Shown here: one piece after another, positions 12,888 to 26,333 of the stretch
How the letters are laid out: each line of letters opens with the position of its first letter
Numbering within the stretch: the stretch's first letter is position 1
Origin: the human T2T-CHM13v2.0 reference genome, Homo sapiens
Assembly (NCBI RefSeq): GCF_009914755.1
Contig: NC_060937.1
DNA: 64,000 nucleotides
Reading direction: 5' to 3' (one strand)
Notes under the pieces: generated by a model
What the model was told of the DNA's origin: nothing
The model's input: the letters and a program-made list of their open reading frames with translations, nothing else
Database searches by the model: none
Position numbers and translations under genes: made by a program

Positions 12888-14156
12888 TTAGAAGAGTTCA
12901 TGGGAGACCCTAGTTTCTGTGTTTTGATATTACAGAAATGGTCCTGTGCAAAGAGCTTTGGACTGGTCTGCATGAGTGAGACATGAAGGGTGAAGGTCTC
13001 CTTGGGCATCAGTGGTCCTTTCCCAGCCTGTGGTCCTGAGAGTCATGGCCAGAGCTGAGTGGGGCAGGGTCAGTGCAGGTGCATCTGCCCTGGGACCTGG
13101 GGAAGGGGTGCAGTGTCTCCATAGACATGCCTGTATTCCTTCAGCCTGCAGGTGGAGAGCAGCCAGCTGCCTGCCTAGCTGACAGGCATGGGAAGGTTGA
13201 GGGCTGGGAGCGCCAGTCTGGCCACGGGGCAGGTCTGAGCAGGGAGGAGGAGACTGTGTGGACTCAGCTTACGTGGCAGCTCCTATTAAGGACATGCAAC
13301 CCAGTCCTGAGGCCAGGAAGACTGTGTGGGAGCCAGAGTGAAGCGGGAGTGAGAGGGAGCTGGCTGGAGGTAGGCACTGCCAGCAGGAGAGCTGGCTGCG
13401 AGAGGAAAGGGAGGCAGCGGGGCTGGGAGGATGCTGTGTTAGGGAGTGTGCACTGCACCTTGAGGGCAGTGGAGGAGGAGATAGGGGAAGGACAGGTTCC
13501 GGTTTGCACATTAGAAAGAGTGCCTGACTGCAGTGTGAGGGCAAAAGAGTGGTAATTCAGAGAAAAAGAGGAACCGTGCCAGGAAGGAGCCGGCAGAGTG
13601 GCCTGAGCTCAGGGGACTCTGTGGGTTCTAGGGACATTCAGGAGGCAGGATGGCAGGAGTTGATTATGGACTTGGTGATTAGAAGGTTTGTTGATGTGGG
13701 AGGGGTCCCAAGGGAGAGAAAGAAGTCAAGGAGGGTTTGAAGGGATCTGGATTGAGCTTCCTAAATGAGAATACATCTTTGAAATACATTCATCGCGGTC
13801 CTTCCCAAAGCCAGGGGCTAGGTGCCTCCTGGACAAGAGGCACCTCTGAGGATTCTCTCCGAGGACTGTCTGCCTCTGTGGGGTCAGATGTTGTGAAATG
13901 CCTCCAGTTCAGTGTTTTTGTGGTGTCTTCCTGACAAAGCACTAAGAAGGAGGGAGCCGAGGGCAGGCGTTGGGGGAAACCATCCTCTGTTGTGTGGTTG
14001 TGGGGGCTCTCCTTTGGCACCTCTTTCTTCAGCCCCAAGGGAAACACTCTGAGGATGCCCAGGGCACAGTGGTGGCCTGCTGATCACAGCTTCCCAGGCT
14101 GTGGTGGCTGCTGTCTGTAGTGGCCCCAGCTGGACTCCTTGTATCATTACTTGCAG

Positions 14157-14255
14157 GACCAGGTGGACACGCTGACCTTCCAGAGCCAGTCTCTGCGGGA
14201 CAGAGCCCGCCGCTTCGAAGAGGCCTTGAGGAAGAACACAGAGGAGCAGCTGGAG
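14157..14255 (+). CDS. MTUS2: MTUS2 internal coding exon ([33 protein letters not shown])
   Basis: ttgcag|GAC acceptor, GAG|gtcgtt donor (weak); 99 nt, phase 0/0. Confidence 0.9.
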
Positions 14256-14684
14256 GTCGTTTCTGGATTCCAGGCTTCCAGCCCCGCAGGAACCCCGCCC
14301 CAGCAAGGCCGAGGGACTCCCTCAGCAGTCTCGTCCCAAGACAAGGCCTCTCTGTGAATCCGCTGCTGAAGTGACAGCTGGTCACGACCTCCCCTGGATT
14401 TTTAAACAATTCCTGTCAGCAGCTCTCCCCTGAGACAGACAGCAGCTGTGGGTTTCTCCAGCTACGTGTTATTTTTGCCAAATTCCACAGCATTCCCCAG
14501 CTGGAGTCGTGGGGCTCCTATGATAAGCATGGTCTGGAAACCCCCCTCCGCTGGCCTGACCACCCCTTCCAGCCCATTCTCCCGCAACTTTTTAAGCTGA
14601 CATGGGGCAGCCTTGGCTGCAGCATGCGTTCAGTTGAGGGGAATTTTTTCCAGAAAAGCTGGCAAAACTCCTTCCCTCTAACAT

Positions 14685-14860
14685 GGGGTTGCCAAATAAA
14701 ATACAGGACACCCAGTTAAACTTGAATTACAGATAAATAAATTTTTGAGTATAAGTATGTCCCATGCAATACTTATACTGAATTTTTTAAAATGTCATTT
14801 ATCTGAATTTGGATTTAACAGGACACACTATATTTTAATTTGTTATATCCTGCAGCACTA
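14685..14860. mobile_element. MER53-like palindromic hAT MITE
   Basis: gggttgccaaataaaatacaggacacccagttaaa...agtataagtat/atacttatact internal palindrome. Confidence 0.75.
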
Positions 14861-15336
14861 CTCCAACATGACTTTTTCTAAAATGGCTTTTCTGCTTCTT
14901 AAACCACTTTGCTCATTTCCTATGCCTGAGCTTTTTATGGGCATAGGTGGGACCTATAAGAGTCCCAGCTACCTGGTGAATCAAGTCGGCCGGGTGAATG
15001 TTAAAAGCCAGTGTTGGGTTTACTCTTTCTACCCCATGAATTCCCTGCTGGGCACAGGCTGGCAGCCCCCAGCAATTCTGGAGTCAGACTTGCCAGTGGT
15101 TGATGGCCATGTCTCACCTGTTCCCCCACAGAACTGGATTTTAGGAGGGTTCTCAGCAGGAAACTAGCAGGGCCCCTTTATCAGGGAAGGCTGTGAGCAT
15201 CCTCTCTCTTTGGTGTTGCAGTTGCCATCAGGGCGCTTGTCCCAGGAGGATAGATTTAGCTGGATTCGTGACATTGGTTAATACTGGGTTTTGCCGGGAA
15301 TCCTGGTCAACAGCTCATGGCTCTCTGCCTCTGTAG

Positions 15337-15456
15337 ATTGCATTGGCTCCTTATCAGCACTTGGAAGAAGACATGAAGAGTCTGAAGCAGGTATTAGAAA
15401 TGAAGAATCAGCAAATACACGAGCAAGAAAAGAAGATTCTTGAGCTGGAAAAGCTG
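15337..15456 (+). CDS. MTUS2: MTUS2 internal coding exon ([40 protein letters not shown])
   Basis: ctctgtag|ATT acceptor, CTG|gtgagt donor; 120 nt; heptad pattern. Confidence 0.93.
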
Positions 15457-15944
15457 GTGAGTTGGTCTGTTTGCTCGGGAGAGTAACCTCCATGACATTC
15501 CTGCTGTCATCACTGATGTCATCGTTGATGGTGTTCAGCCAGGTGTGTCCCTTACCTGCCCATTGCTTACACCCAAGCAGAAAATCCCACAGCTGGCCTT
15601 TCCCAGGAATCCAGGAGCTCTCATAAGGAATCTTGGAGGTGGCCTCACCTTGTCCAACTCTGGAGCCTTCCTGATGGGCAGTCTCTTTCTGCTTCGCCCT
15701 GGTTTTCCCACAGTTGTGCTGTCTTCTCGCCCTCTCTTGGGGACGTGTGGGGACCCAGCACAATGCAGCATCCCTGATGCCCAGACACTGCACGGAGCAC
15801 TTTCCCCGAGCCTGCGCCTAACTCCTACGGCTGCCTGTGGAGCAGCTGCCGCCACCAGCCGCTTTACAGATGCGGAGATGGAGCTAAGGAGCCCTGGCCC
15901 AGTGCTTCCAGTCCTCACAAGGCAGAAGGGGCCAGGGATCTCCC

Positions 15945-16098
15945 TGGGGCCCTTTTTATAAGGCTATTAATCCCATTCACAGGGGCTCACCCTCAGGACC
16001 TAATCCCCTCCCCAGTTCTCTGCCTCCTAATACCATCACTTTGGGGGTTAGGTTTCAGCACAGGAATTTGGGGGGACACAAACATTCAGTCCAGAACA
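15945..16098. mobile_element. MaLR LTR fragment (MLT1A/MST-like)
   Basis: taatcccattcac...cctcctaataccatcactttgggggttaggtttcagca...aacattcagtcc. Confidence 0.8.
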
Positions 16099-17709
16099 GA
16101 GTCCTAGCTCTCACCCACACTCGCCCACCTCAGCCCACCAGCCTGGCTCCTGCAGAGCTAGCAAAGGGCACTCCCTAGGGGGCACAGAACACCCAGGATT
16201 TCACCCTCTACCCTGGGGCACAAGCCCCCAGCCAGGGCTAGAGTCCCAGAAAAGTGTGCAAAGGGAGTGGAGGAGAAGCCTCCTTCCAAGGGCAGCCCAT
16301 CTTGATCTGGAAATTGGCCCCAGGATCTCAGATTCTTATTTTTTCCCTTTATTATTGTTACTTTAAAAATAAACTTTTGATACTAACAAAAGTAAATATG
16401 TGTACTGTGGAAAATTATGAAATAAGATAAACAAAAAATAAGCAGATTATAACATCATATTCCTACCAGTGCTTATACTTTCCAGAACTTTTTCTCTGTA
16501 AGGTAGTATCTGCGTGCACATGTGCACAGGCACACACCCACCCACCCACATGGCCAACATATTATACTGTATAAGTGTTTTATATCCTTAGCTTGCCATC
16601 TCAGGCAGGAACTGATCATCTCATCGAAATTCCCCATTTGTGAAATGTCCCTTGCATCTGTATAACCAAGCCAGGGGCTGATCTAGGGCCACCCATTGCA
16701 TTTGGTGGCCATGTCACCTCTCTCTCTGGAAGCATCCCTTTTTGCAGACATCTCTTGCTGCACGGGTGCAGTTAATGGGGGCAGACCAGATGATGCTGGA
16801 TTGTCGCCAAGATTCTGGGCGATGCTGACCACTCTGCACCCTCCAGCAGCCCAGGACTTCCCAGCTCAGGCCAGGCCTAGGGCTGGCGGGGAGCTACAGG
16901 ACAGCGCCTGCCTCAGCTGAACCCTGCCTTGCAGCCTTGCCAGTGTGGGGACCAGCTGTTCTGAGAGCAGCCACCCATCTTCCCCCTCCTGGCTTGGCCA
17001 TTTGCATTGGGTCACCAGCAAACCTCTGGGTTTACTTGGCTGATTTTAGCCATCCTCCAGGCTTTCTGCCTGCCCATATGGCTTCTCATCCCAGAAACCT
17101 TTCCAGGCAAAAAAGAATCTACTCGATCACTTCATCTCCTGGGAGCAAAAGTGAGGGCTGGGTGAGGTGTCTTGCTAAAGAGCGGGGACAGAGGCCAGTC
17201 CTGTGGCTAGGATTCCTAAGTCCTGTTCATGGAAAAGGGACAGTTTTCTTTAAAGATTAACTACATTAACAGTGAACTTGTCACATTCTTTTCAGGAAAT
17301 AATTTATTTCTAAATTGGTCTTAGAATCAAACTGTACTTCAGCTAGGTCTCAGGCCCTCGAGGACACGCTAACAGAGGGAAAGGCATCAATTGCCGGGGA
17401 GTAACAGCCATGGGATGATGGGATTTGGGGATAATGTACCCAGCTGCTCTTGCGCTTTGCATTCCTGGCTGCCTGTAGCCTCAAAAGGAAAAAGCGTGCT
17501 TACATTATTTAGATTTCCTCCCTCCATTGATTCAGAATGTAATGTCGTGCACGCAAGGCTGGCCAAGGATGCTGCTGCAGTGTGGTTGACCCTTTGGGAA
17601 GAGCCATGAGACCCAGTAGTCAAATGAGGTCCTAGTGGTATTCATGGCTTATCTCTGACAATGGCAAGGGCCTGAGGACATTCACTATAAGAAATACATT
17701 TTACATCAG

Positions 17710-17711
<2 letters not shown>

Positions 17712-17754
<43 letters not shown>
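17712..17754 (+). repeat. (AC)21 microsatellite inside an old hAT-Charlie-like remnant (~17630-17920)
   Basis: Perfect dinucleotide run. Confidence 0.95.
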
Positions 17755-17758
<4 letters not shown>

Positions 17759-18015
17759 TACATAATATATATAAAATAAAAATATCTGAAATTTGCTACC
17801 TACAGTGCACATGGGCATTTTCTATTCTGTTTCATTTAAAGAAGAAATGCTGGTCACATTCCTCTGACCTGATTTTAAAACCCACTAAAGCATTGTGAAC
17901 TGATGTTTGCAAAATGCTGTTCTTGATAATCCTCCAATGCCCAGAGCTGAGGGCACCGGTTTACTCCCGATTTTATGGCCTTGCTAGAACCTCTTAAACA
18001 CTGTTTCCTTTGTAG

Positions 18016-18113
18016 GCAGAAAAGAACATTATCCTAGAAGAAAAGATCCAGGTTCTCCAACAGCAGAACGAAGACCTCAAAGCAAGGATTGACCAAAACA
18101 CAGTTGTCACCAG
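18016..18113 (+). CDS. MTUS2: MTUS2 penultimate coding exon ([33 protein letters not shown])
   Basis: tttgtag|GCA acceptor, CCAG|gtaggt donor; 98 nt, ends in phase 2. Confidence 0.93.
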
Positions 18114-18699
18114 GTAGGTGGGCTGGGTGTCACCTACAAAGTGACTTTCCTCTTGAGCTTCTTTTTGTTGCAACATCCAGTTTCCCTCACTCTGGCCTGT
18201 GAGTCTTTCCCCACAGTCTCTTGCTGTTTTCCCCAAGACCTGAAGAACAAGAACAAACCCCTGCGGCCATCTTGCCTATTCCTGGCCACATATCAACGGG
18301 CCCCACCTTGAGAGAAATGAGTGAAATCAGCAAAAGTGTGCAGCAGGGTCCTCCTGCAGCACTGGGAGGGGAAGGGGTTTATTTTTGGAAGAGATTAGGA
18401 GAGGAGGGCCAGCTGGGTGTTCCCAGGCTAAAAAGAGAGCCACCACTGGCTGATACCCCAACTTCCAGAAATTCACAATTTCCATCCAGGTCTCGCCTGT
18501 CCCTGTGGGGCCACGCTCTGAGGTGCCCCAGCTTTCAAGGAAGGGTGTTCAGGCTCCTCCCTCACACAGCACAATGCGGGGATAAAGCAGGGTTTTGGCT
18601 TCATCAGCTGCTCTCCCATGAGGGCTGAGCCATATCAGTAAGACCCAGGCCTGAACCCTTGCCCACTCAACTCAGCTAGGCTCCTCAATGCTCACCCAT

Positions 18700-18985
18700 G
18701 GTGTGTTACCCTTGCACACATAACTCGTGCATATGCATACACTCAAATGCACTCACACAGGCACTGCATGCTCACTCACACACACACTTGCATATTCCCA
18801 CTCAGGCACACTCTCATACACTTACGCACACACTCATACACTCATACAATCCCTCACACCTATTCACATGCCCTGTTTGCACACTCACACGTGCATGCTT
18901 TTCTTCACATGTACATGCTTATTCTCACATGTACATTCTCTCACATACATACGCTCTTGCACACATGCATGAATGGACACACAGC
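18700..18985 (+). repeat. Degenerate CA-rich low-complexity repeat
   Basis: cacactcacacatgc-type units. Confidence 0.85.
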
Positions 18986-19274
18986 CATTGCCCCCATAAC
19001 TAAGCCCCTAGTGCAGGCATTTTGTTCTCACCTCAGAGGCACATAGGAAAGGCTGTGCTGGGGGCAGCAAGCTCTCCTTGCTCCGGAAGCTGCAAAGGTG
19101 CCCTTGTCAGCAGAGCAAGTGCAGACTTTATCCAACAGAGGTGATTTTTCTGGACTTCAGTCTGTCCAGCTTTAAAATGCATATGTACTTATTCCTGTCA
19201 GTTCCTCAGAGGTGCTGTCATTCTTCAAAAATGCAACAAAGCAAGCAATTCGGATTCATTTTTTCACCCACCAG

Positions 19275-19450
19275 CCTTTATCGGCAAACATTAACTGAGC
19301 ATCTGTTATGTGCCTAGCACCAGCTGGATGCTGGGAGTTCAGCATGCAGAGCCTTGGCCTCTGTCCTCCGGAGCTCCCAGTCTAGCAGGCAGACACAGAC
19401 CCCTAGAGCAGCATTTCCAGCAGGGGAGGACACCTGTCATCGTGGAGGCA
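19275..19450 (-). mobile_element. L2 3' fragment
   Basis: caaacattaactgagcatctgttatgtgcctagcac...ggagctcccagtctagcagg. Confidence 0.6.
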
Positions 19451-19915
19451 CAAGCCTGGGGCAGGGAGGCCAGGAGAAGGCACCCCCAGCTTCCTGGCAG
19501 TCTCAGGAAGGCCCGCGGCTCTTCACTGCTATTGTGCTGTTGTCATTGTCAATTGCCAGCTGCGCGGCTGTCTCTCCTTTCGGAGCTTCCGGGCAGCATA
19601 CCCACTCCAGCTCTCCGCTTCCCTCCTTTCAGTCGCTGGCCTTTGCTCTGTCCAGTGGACAGCCAGTGCCTCCCCTGACCGGGCAGAGGGCCTGTGGGAT
19701 GATGGGTATTGGCCAGAGAGGCTCTGGGAACAGATGTGTCATTGGGCCAAATGGAAATCATGATTCAACCAAAGTTCTTGGTCACTGGGTCACCCTGGTC
19801 CCTGTTCTCCCTGCGGTCATCATGGCCTCCTCCCTTTGCCCTGCACCATTGTCCTGACCTCAGGTTCAGTGTCTACTAGCATGATTGCTACTTATTTGTC
19901 ATTGTGCCCATGCAG

Positions 19916-20129
19916 ACAGCTGTCGGAGGAAAATGCTAACCTCCAGGAATATGTTGAGAAGGAAACCCAGGAGAAGAAGAGATTGAGCCGAACCAATGAA
20001 GAGCTGCTTTGGAAGCTCCAAACTGGGGACCCGACCAGTCCGATTAAACTCTCGCCCACATCTCCCGTTTACCGCGGCTCCTCCTCGGGGCCCTCCTCTC
20101 CGGCCAGAGTCAGCACAACACCCAGATGA
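19916..20129 (+). CDS. MTUS2: MTUS2 last coding exon ([70 protein letters not shown])
   Basis: tgcag|A completes AG|A codon; NEELLWKL motif typical of MTUS1/MTUS2 C-terminus; TGA at 20127-20129. Confidence 0.94.
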
Positions 20130-22870
20130 CGCCACTACACGGCCTGCGGGAGCTCCGGCTTCTCGTCCTCCGGTCTCCACCCTGAGGGAGCACCGACCCG
20201 GTGCCGCCGGAGCTGGCCCTGTGCGCATGCTCAGTAGCTGCGAATGCATCCTAGGCGCGTCCTCCTCTGATCCCCGTGTAAGACTGCCCTGGTGTCGGCA
20301 CTTAGGAATGTGTAAATGGTAAAGTCTGATGTGCAAACGTTTTACCATAGTTAGAGCCAAAAGAAAGACACTTGCAATTGTTCTTGAGCAATGAACTTTC
20401 ACTGCAGAATTTCAGGTTAGTTACAAAAAGCTCAGTTTTCAATATACATTGAATAATCATTGTGTACTGCACCGATATGTGTGTATATTTAGATATACGT
20501 ATATACACATGCTGCGGTTCTGAATTTCATTTTTTATAACATGAAGTGCTGACATATTTTAGTGAAGGTCAGCAGTTTTCTAACTTGTGCCTAAGAATTA
20601 TTGGGAAATGAAAATGCATTTCTATCTAGCTTCCCAGGAATATTTCTACCCAAAATAGAAAAAGGAAAAAAAAAAAAGATACAGAGAAGAAGCGCCTTTC
20701 AACTCACCACCAAGTGGTACTCTCTTTAACACGAACACCAGCTATTTGTGAACGGTAACTGCCTTTGGAACAATCAGCTTCTCAGTCAACATGATGTGAG
20801 ATCACTATTATTCCATTCGCAAGTTTTAATTATTGATACTCCTGTCATGAGCGGATAAGGGAGAGCAGTGGGAAACCCTAAGGGGGTTTAGCAGTTTTGC
20901 AGATGTTACCCATGACAGTGACTCATCTCTGATAGTCTTGTAAACACAAGTTTTGCTTTTTTCCTAAATGGCATCTCAGACTCGGTCATTAAGCTATTGT
21001 TGCACCCTCCGGAAAACATGGCAGAGCATGACCTTTGAGTAAGAGTGAGGATGACCTTGCAGATGACTGTGCCCATTCGCGCTCCATCCTCATGAAGGAA
21101 ATTGCTGCCAAGGTCTGTATTTTGACCAGGCACAGAGGGGGAACATCACTCCAGCTTTCCATGTGGTTCACTCTGATGCGATGCTGTAAATGATCAACTC
21201 TTTGAAATAGGACCCTCAGGCCCCCATTTCCTAGCAGCCCCCCTTCAGTTTGGTTCTACAACTCAACCCCTTCACTGCACATTGAGATGGCTCAGGGGTT
21301 CTAGCAGGGGCTTCCAGAAAAAAAAACACCATTTCTGTCCCGGGGGACCAGTTCTGAGCTGTGCTAGATCATCACACGACCACCCAGAAACCCACTTGCA
21401 CTTCCTGCTGGATGATCAGGCAACGCTGCTGCTGACCGTGCTCCCATCTTAGACCCAGAAGGTTCTCCCAAACAGAGGAGCCCAGTGAAACAGCCAGCCA
21501 GGGGGCACCAGCTCCTGGACTGGCATCTGTCTCTAAAATGGTAGAATTAGGATATGAACAGTACTCATGTAGTGGTGTGGAAGATTAGGAGCATGATACA
21601 CAAAAGGAAGAAGTAGTTTTAACAGATATGGTGATGATGATGATGCCCTTGTTTCCTGTATGTGACAAAGACCCTGCACTTTCTCCCTGAGACCCCCCCA
21701 AAATTGTCCTGAGCACAGGCCTGTCTTTGAGCGTGCCCAAGGCGAGAAGAACCATGAGGGGGTCCTGCAGGGGCCGGAGCCATGGAACGGGGAAGAAAAC
21801 AGCCCGCGGACGGGGTCGGCTTGTCCAGGGCACGCCTGCTCGGCACACGTGTTGCCAACGTGAAGGCAGACATGGTCCCTGGCCCTAGGATGAGTCCACG
21901 CTGGGCTTCCGGGCCTCAGGTGCATCTCCAGCCAACCTCCAAGGGTCTTGCTCCTTCTGGGGACGTACACAGTAAATCCACATGGAAACACCACCATTTC
22001 TCTTTGCTTTAGTGGCTCTGCATGATACTGTGATATTGAGTTGGGCATTCCATTAGAGTAGATCATGCCACATTGACTAAATACACAAGTATTTATTCTA
22101 GTAGCAGGCACAACCTGCAAACACAAATTCAGTTACAGCTTAGCTGTCCGAATTAGGAACCGCTTACATAGCCGCACCTGCTAAATGCAGTTACACAGCA
22201 ATACTGACTTCCGTGTGATGCTAGAACGTGGTACAGTGTATTAGGCTGCTGTGGTCAGAGTTGTAGCATTGATAGCACTAAGTAATTCCTCATTAGGTGG
22301 ACTTCGGTGAGAGCTTTGCCCTAACCTGCCCTGACCTTGGGTACTTGAGCTAATTTCCACGTGGCCCTGGCTTCGTGGTTTTTTTTTTTTTTTCTTTTGT
22401 TACGGACACCCATCATGTATGGCTCCTCATCTGAGCCATCACCGCTCCCGAAACACATGGGGCGGCAGCTGCTGTGCCTCCTTCTCAATTCTTCCACCCC
22501 CCCACACCATCAGAATTCGGATTTCTCTCCACGTGGCGTCTGCCTCTGTCCCCTTCCAGGCTGGAGCGACGTTTCCACGTTCGGATGCTGCAGCCTCTGC
22601 ACCTGCCTCAGACAGACCCACCAGATACCACCTGTCTCTTCGTGGCATTTGGGAGATGCGTGGGCGGCCTGCCCCCCGACCGCCGCCCCTGCCCACCACA
22701 TGCTGGGACAAGGTTCTGGCTGGATGTCAGAATGGATGGGGGTGGGGGCAGCCCTGGCCGTGATTAGTTGAATGAATGGGGTCACAACATCCCTTTTCCT
22801 GCCCCTACAGTTTGTGTTGCATATTTGTGTTTAAAGCCTATTAAAATAAACTTGAGGGACTTTCTGCGAT
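20130..22870 (+). other. MTUS2: MTUS2 3'UTR (end approximate)
   Basis: Follows stop codon; overlapping ATTAAA/AATAAA at 22840-22850. Confidence 0.75.
22840..22850 (+). terminator. MTUS2 polyadenylation signal (ATTAAAATAAA)
   Basis: Canonical AATAAA 22845-22850 overlapping ATTAAA, preceded by U/GU-rich sequence. Confidence 0.75.
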
Positions 22871-25203
22871 ATCTACTTGATGTAACTGGAGACCTGTCCC
22901 TCTCAGGCTGGGGATCCCAGGCAGGGAGGCAAGGGGGGTGGCGTTTGCAGGCTGGACCCCTTTTCTGTGTGTGCCGGGGTTGGGTGATGGTCCGTGAGAG
23001 AAGTCTGTAGAGACCCCCTCTCCCCTGACTCCGCAGGTCCCAGGTCCCTGCGCCCACCCCTCCAGCCTGGGGGCTTGAGCAGCCCCTCCCCTGGACTTGG
23101 GAGCTCAGTGCCTCTGCTCTGCAAGGCCGGGTGCGCTGGAGTTGGCTGGAAGGAGGACATAAAAGGTCATTCACTCATTTCAACCTGAAAGTGCTTGCTC
23201 CCCCCATCCCGATGGCCTTCAGTTTGGGCTGCAGCCGGTTTAGCCAGCTGGACCTCGAAGTGTCCCACAGGTGTCTGGCACCATCACAAGGGAGACAGCT
23301 GGGTTCGCAGGTTCCCTGTGGTGGTTTTGCAGGGTCTGTGGGAGTGGCAGCTATTTCAGCGAGATCAGCAAGTCCCTCCTGAACAAGTAGTGAACAACAG
23401 ACCCTTTGGAGACACAAATTCACTTCTGGACCTCACAGGGAACACCCCAGGGCCACCTCTGGGTCATCCCAGTATATCGATGGCAATCTAGTTATTAATT
23501 ATCTATCTGGCCACGTGTCCTAACCTGTTTCTTTTGGGGTGTCTTGAGCACCCTTCACTTTCATAATGACCCCCTCCCATTGTCCTTACCCCACCTTATG
23601 TGGTAAACAAGGCAGGTGGCAGCACCTCCACATAACAAAGGAGCAAATGGGTGGCAGCCACCAACACGAGCAGGAGGTGAGATTAGAGCCAGCTTTCCAC
23701 TGTCCATGGAGAATGGTGTCCCCTTCCACGGCTCATTTGCAGTAGGCAGAGGAGACTCTGGAAGTCAACTCACTCACTGACCTCCTCTGTGCCAAGGAGC
23801 CCTGAGAGCTGGCTCTCCCTTCGTGGGAGACTTGCATCCCCCTAGCAAGAAGGGAGTTACGGAGTTAAGCACAGGTGGAAACCAAATGGTTGGACAGCTT
23901 CCCACCTGCGATTGAAGTTGAAGGATGTTCTCAAAGCCATTGCTGCATCAGTGTGTACGCTTCGAGCAATGACTCTGGGATTGCACCCTGTCACCTCATC
24001 TGAAACCACCAAGTGGTGAGAATCCTGCCCACGTGAGAGTCTGTCAAATGCTTACATACACACACAGATACACACACACTACACACAATCCCGAAGGCTG
24101 GTAAGCCATTCTGGTGGTTAAGACAGAGCATGTTAATTCACTTAAATTAAATTTGCTAACTACATTTTTGTTAGCCAGTCTGCATCTTTCAAACCTCTTG
24201 CCCCAAACCTCATAAAATAAAACCAAGACAGACACCTGGTGTTTCTGAGGCCAGGCTTGGGTCACTCCCACCGCAGCGTGATGATGCAGGCCAATCTTCC
24301 TCACTCACTAAGTCGGGAAGCTTTTTCCAGTGCCAGCGCCAGGCAGGGTCAGGATGCCCTACAGCTCCGAGCTCAGACAGCCCTGTCCCTTGTATGTCTA
24401 CAGACCTCCTGGGTGCCCATGCCTCCTCCCTCTAAGGCACTCACACCACAGACACGAAGAGAGCACCTGCCACGCAGCTGCTGACTCTGCATAGCGGCTT
24501 CTCACATGACTGCACCGCCAAATTGACGCGGCAGGCACTGGGCTTCGTCCCTCCTCCTGCACTGTGGGAGCAGCGGTTCTGAACCAGCTGGCACTCATCA
24601 GGTGCATTGTTTTAAGGAGAATTTAAAAGCATCCATGGCAAAGTCCCACCCAGCACAGCTTTTTCTTCCCCACGCAGTCTCAGATCCACTGGGATTAAGT
24701 GCTCAGCCACACCAAGAGCCAAAAAGCTGTTCCCCTCATCAGCAAACATACTGCCTGTTTCATTCCTGAAGACTTTTCCTCACGTTGTGTTTTTTAAATG
24801 GCTGTATTTATGGCTGAGTGGACAGGCTTAATTTGGTAAAACTGAACTGTTCCCTTTGAACAGGGGTTGATGGGATTATCTGTAGTTGGTTCCAGCCCTC
24901 CCTGCTGCAGCCTCAGACCCTGCCCAGGTCTGTGTGGTGTAAGGGCTGGGCTGAAGTTGGAAGCCAGGCCAGCACCCCAGGCCATGGCTCCACAGGCTTC
25001 CTTGTTGCTGCGAATGCCATTTGGAGGCAGCTTTTGAATGACCAGAGGTGCTTCATAACCAAAATGTGCAAGGGAAAACTTTCTCCAGGTGGTACCCCTC
25101 AAGCCTACAGCCTGGCATCGCCCCACAGGACCTTGAGGAGCCACCGGTCAGGATTTTCGAAGAGACTGCTGAAAGACTTGGCATGGCCTTTTCAAGCTGT
25201 CTG

Positions 25204-25237
25204 TGCGGCACCAAGCAGTAGCCACTAGGTGGCAGTG
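25204..25237 (+). promoter_or_regulatory. CTCF-binding motif with possible upstream module
   Basis: TAGCCACTAGGTGGCAGTG (25219-25237) fits the CCACYAGRKGGCR core; TGCGGCACC lies 6 bp upstream. Confidence 0.7.
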
Positions 25238-26333
25238 TGGCGCTGCAGGAACTGGGGTCCACCTTGCACTTGGCTCAAAGTCATCCTTAGGGACCAGAGG
25301 ACACATACAAAAATCCAGGAACAAGGCATGCCCCATGCTTATTTCCCAGTTCTGGAATCTATCAGGCTCTCTGGGCTGCTTTGCGAAGCTGGCCCCTTTT
25401 GTGAATCAGGTTCTGCAGCAGCAGAACCTCCCGCAGTAATTACACTGGGCCAGAAACCACTCCCAACCTGTGTCCCAGGGGCACGCTGCACGAGCTTGCT
25501 TACCCACCACGCAAGCTCTGTGGTCTGGCTTTCTGTGTGGCCAAGGAACACGAAATGTGCATGATGCTTTCAGGTGCAGACGCTCATCACATATTCCAGA
25601 TCATAGGCACGCTGGGGCCCGGAGAGCAGCTCGCCTGCCTTCCTCTCTGCACAGCTCCCTGGGTGTCTGCTTTCAGCACCATCCATCAGCTGACAAAACT
25701 CAAAGGTCAAACCTTATCTTCTGGGCAGCAGATCTTCTGGTATAGCTGCTGTGAATCACTGCCTTTTACTGTCTGGGAATTAAGGCTCACTTGACTGAAT
25801 TTGCCTCTAGTGCAAAAATGGATCCTTTCTCAAGGGAGTTGAGGGAGTGAGATAGTAACAATTACCAGGATAGCTACACTCCCCGACAGCCCCTCCGCCC
25901 TGCGTGCACTCTGCTCCAACAGGATAGTGTATGTGCAGGCCAGCACAGACTGGGGCGGCAACAGGTGAGGGCGTTTTGTTGCCAGAGACCAAGTCCTTCA
26001 GCAAATGCCTGACAACTGGCAGCCTCTGAGCTGCTTTATCCCAACAGCTTGGTTGGAAGGAAGACCTCTGTGGCCCCAAAGCCAAATAAATCTGCAGACA
26101 GTATCAGAGATCCAAAATGGGGGCTCAAGGGATTCTCTGGTTGAGGCTCAAATTGTTGGAATAAGGATTTTCCCCAAATGGCTACAGGAAAGTGAGAAGA
26201 TAGGACTAAAGTCACGGGCTGTGGGGAAGCAGAGCGGGATCTGGAACTCTCCATGGGGCACTTCCAGGCCTGGGTCCCAGGAGAGACCCACTAGGATTCT
26301 TGAGATCACACCATGCACATGGAAGCCATAGAA

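Noticed and set aside
20651-20678. A-rich run as an MTUS2 proximal 3' end
   Set aside because: No canonical hexamer just upstream; more likely an internal-priming site
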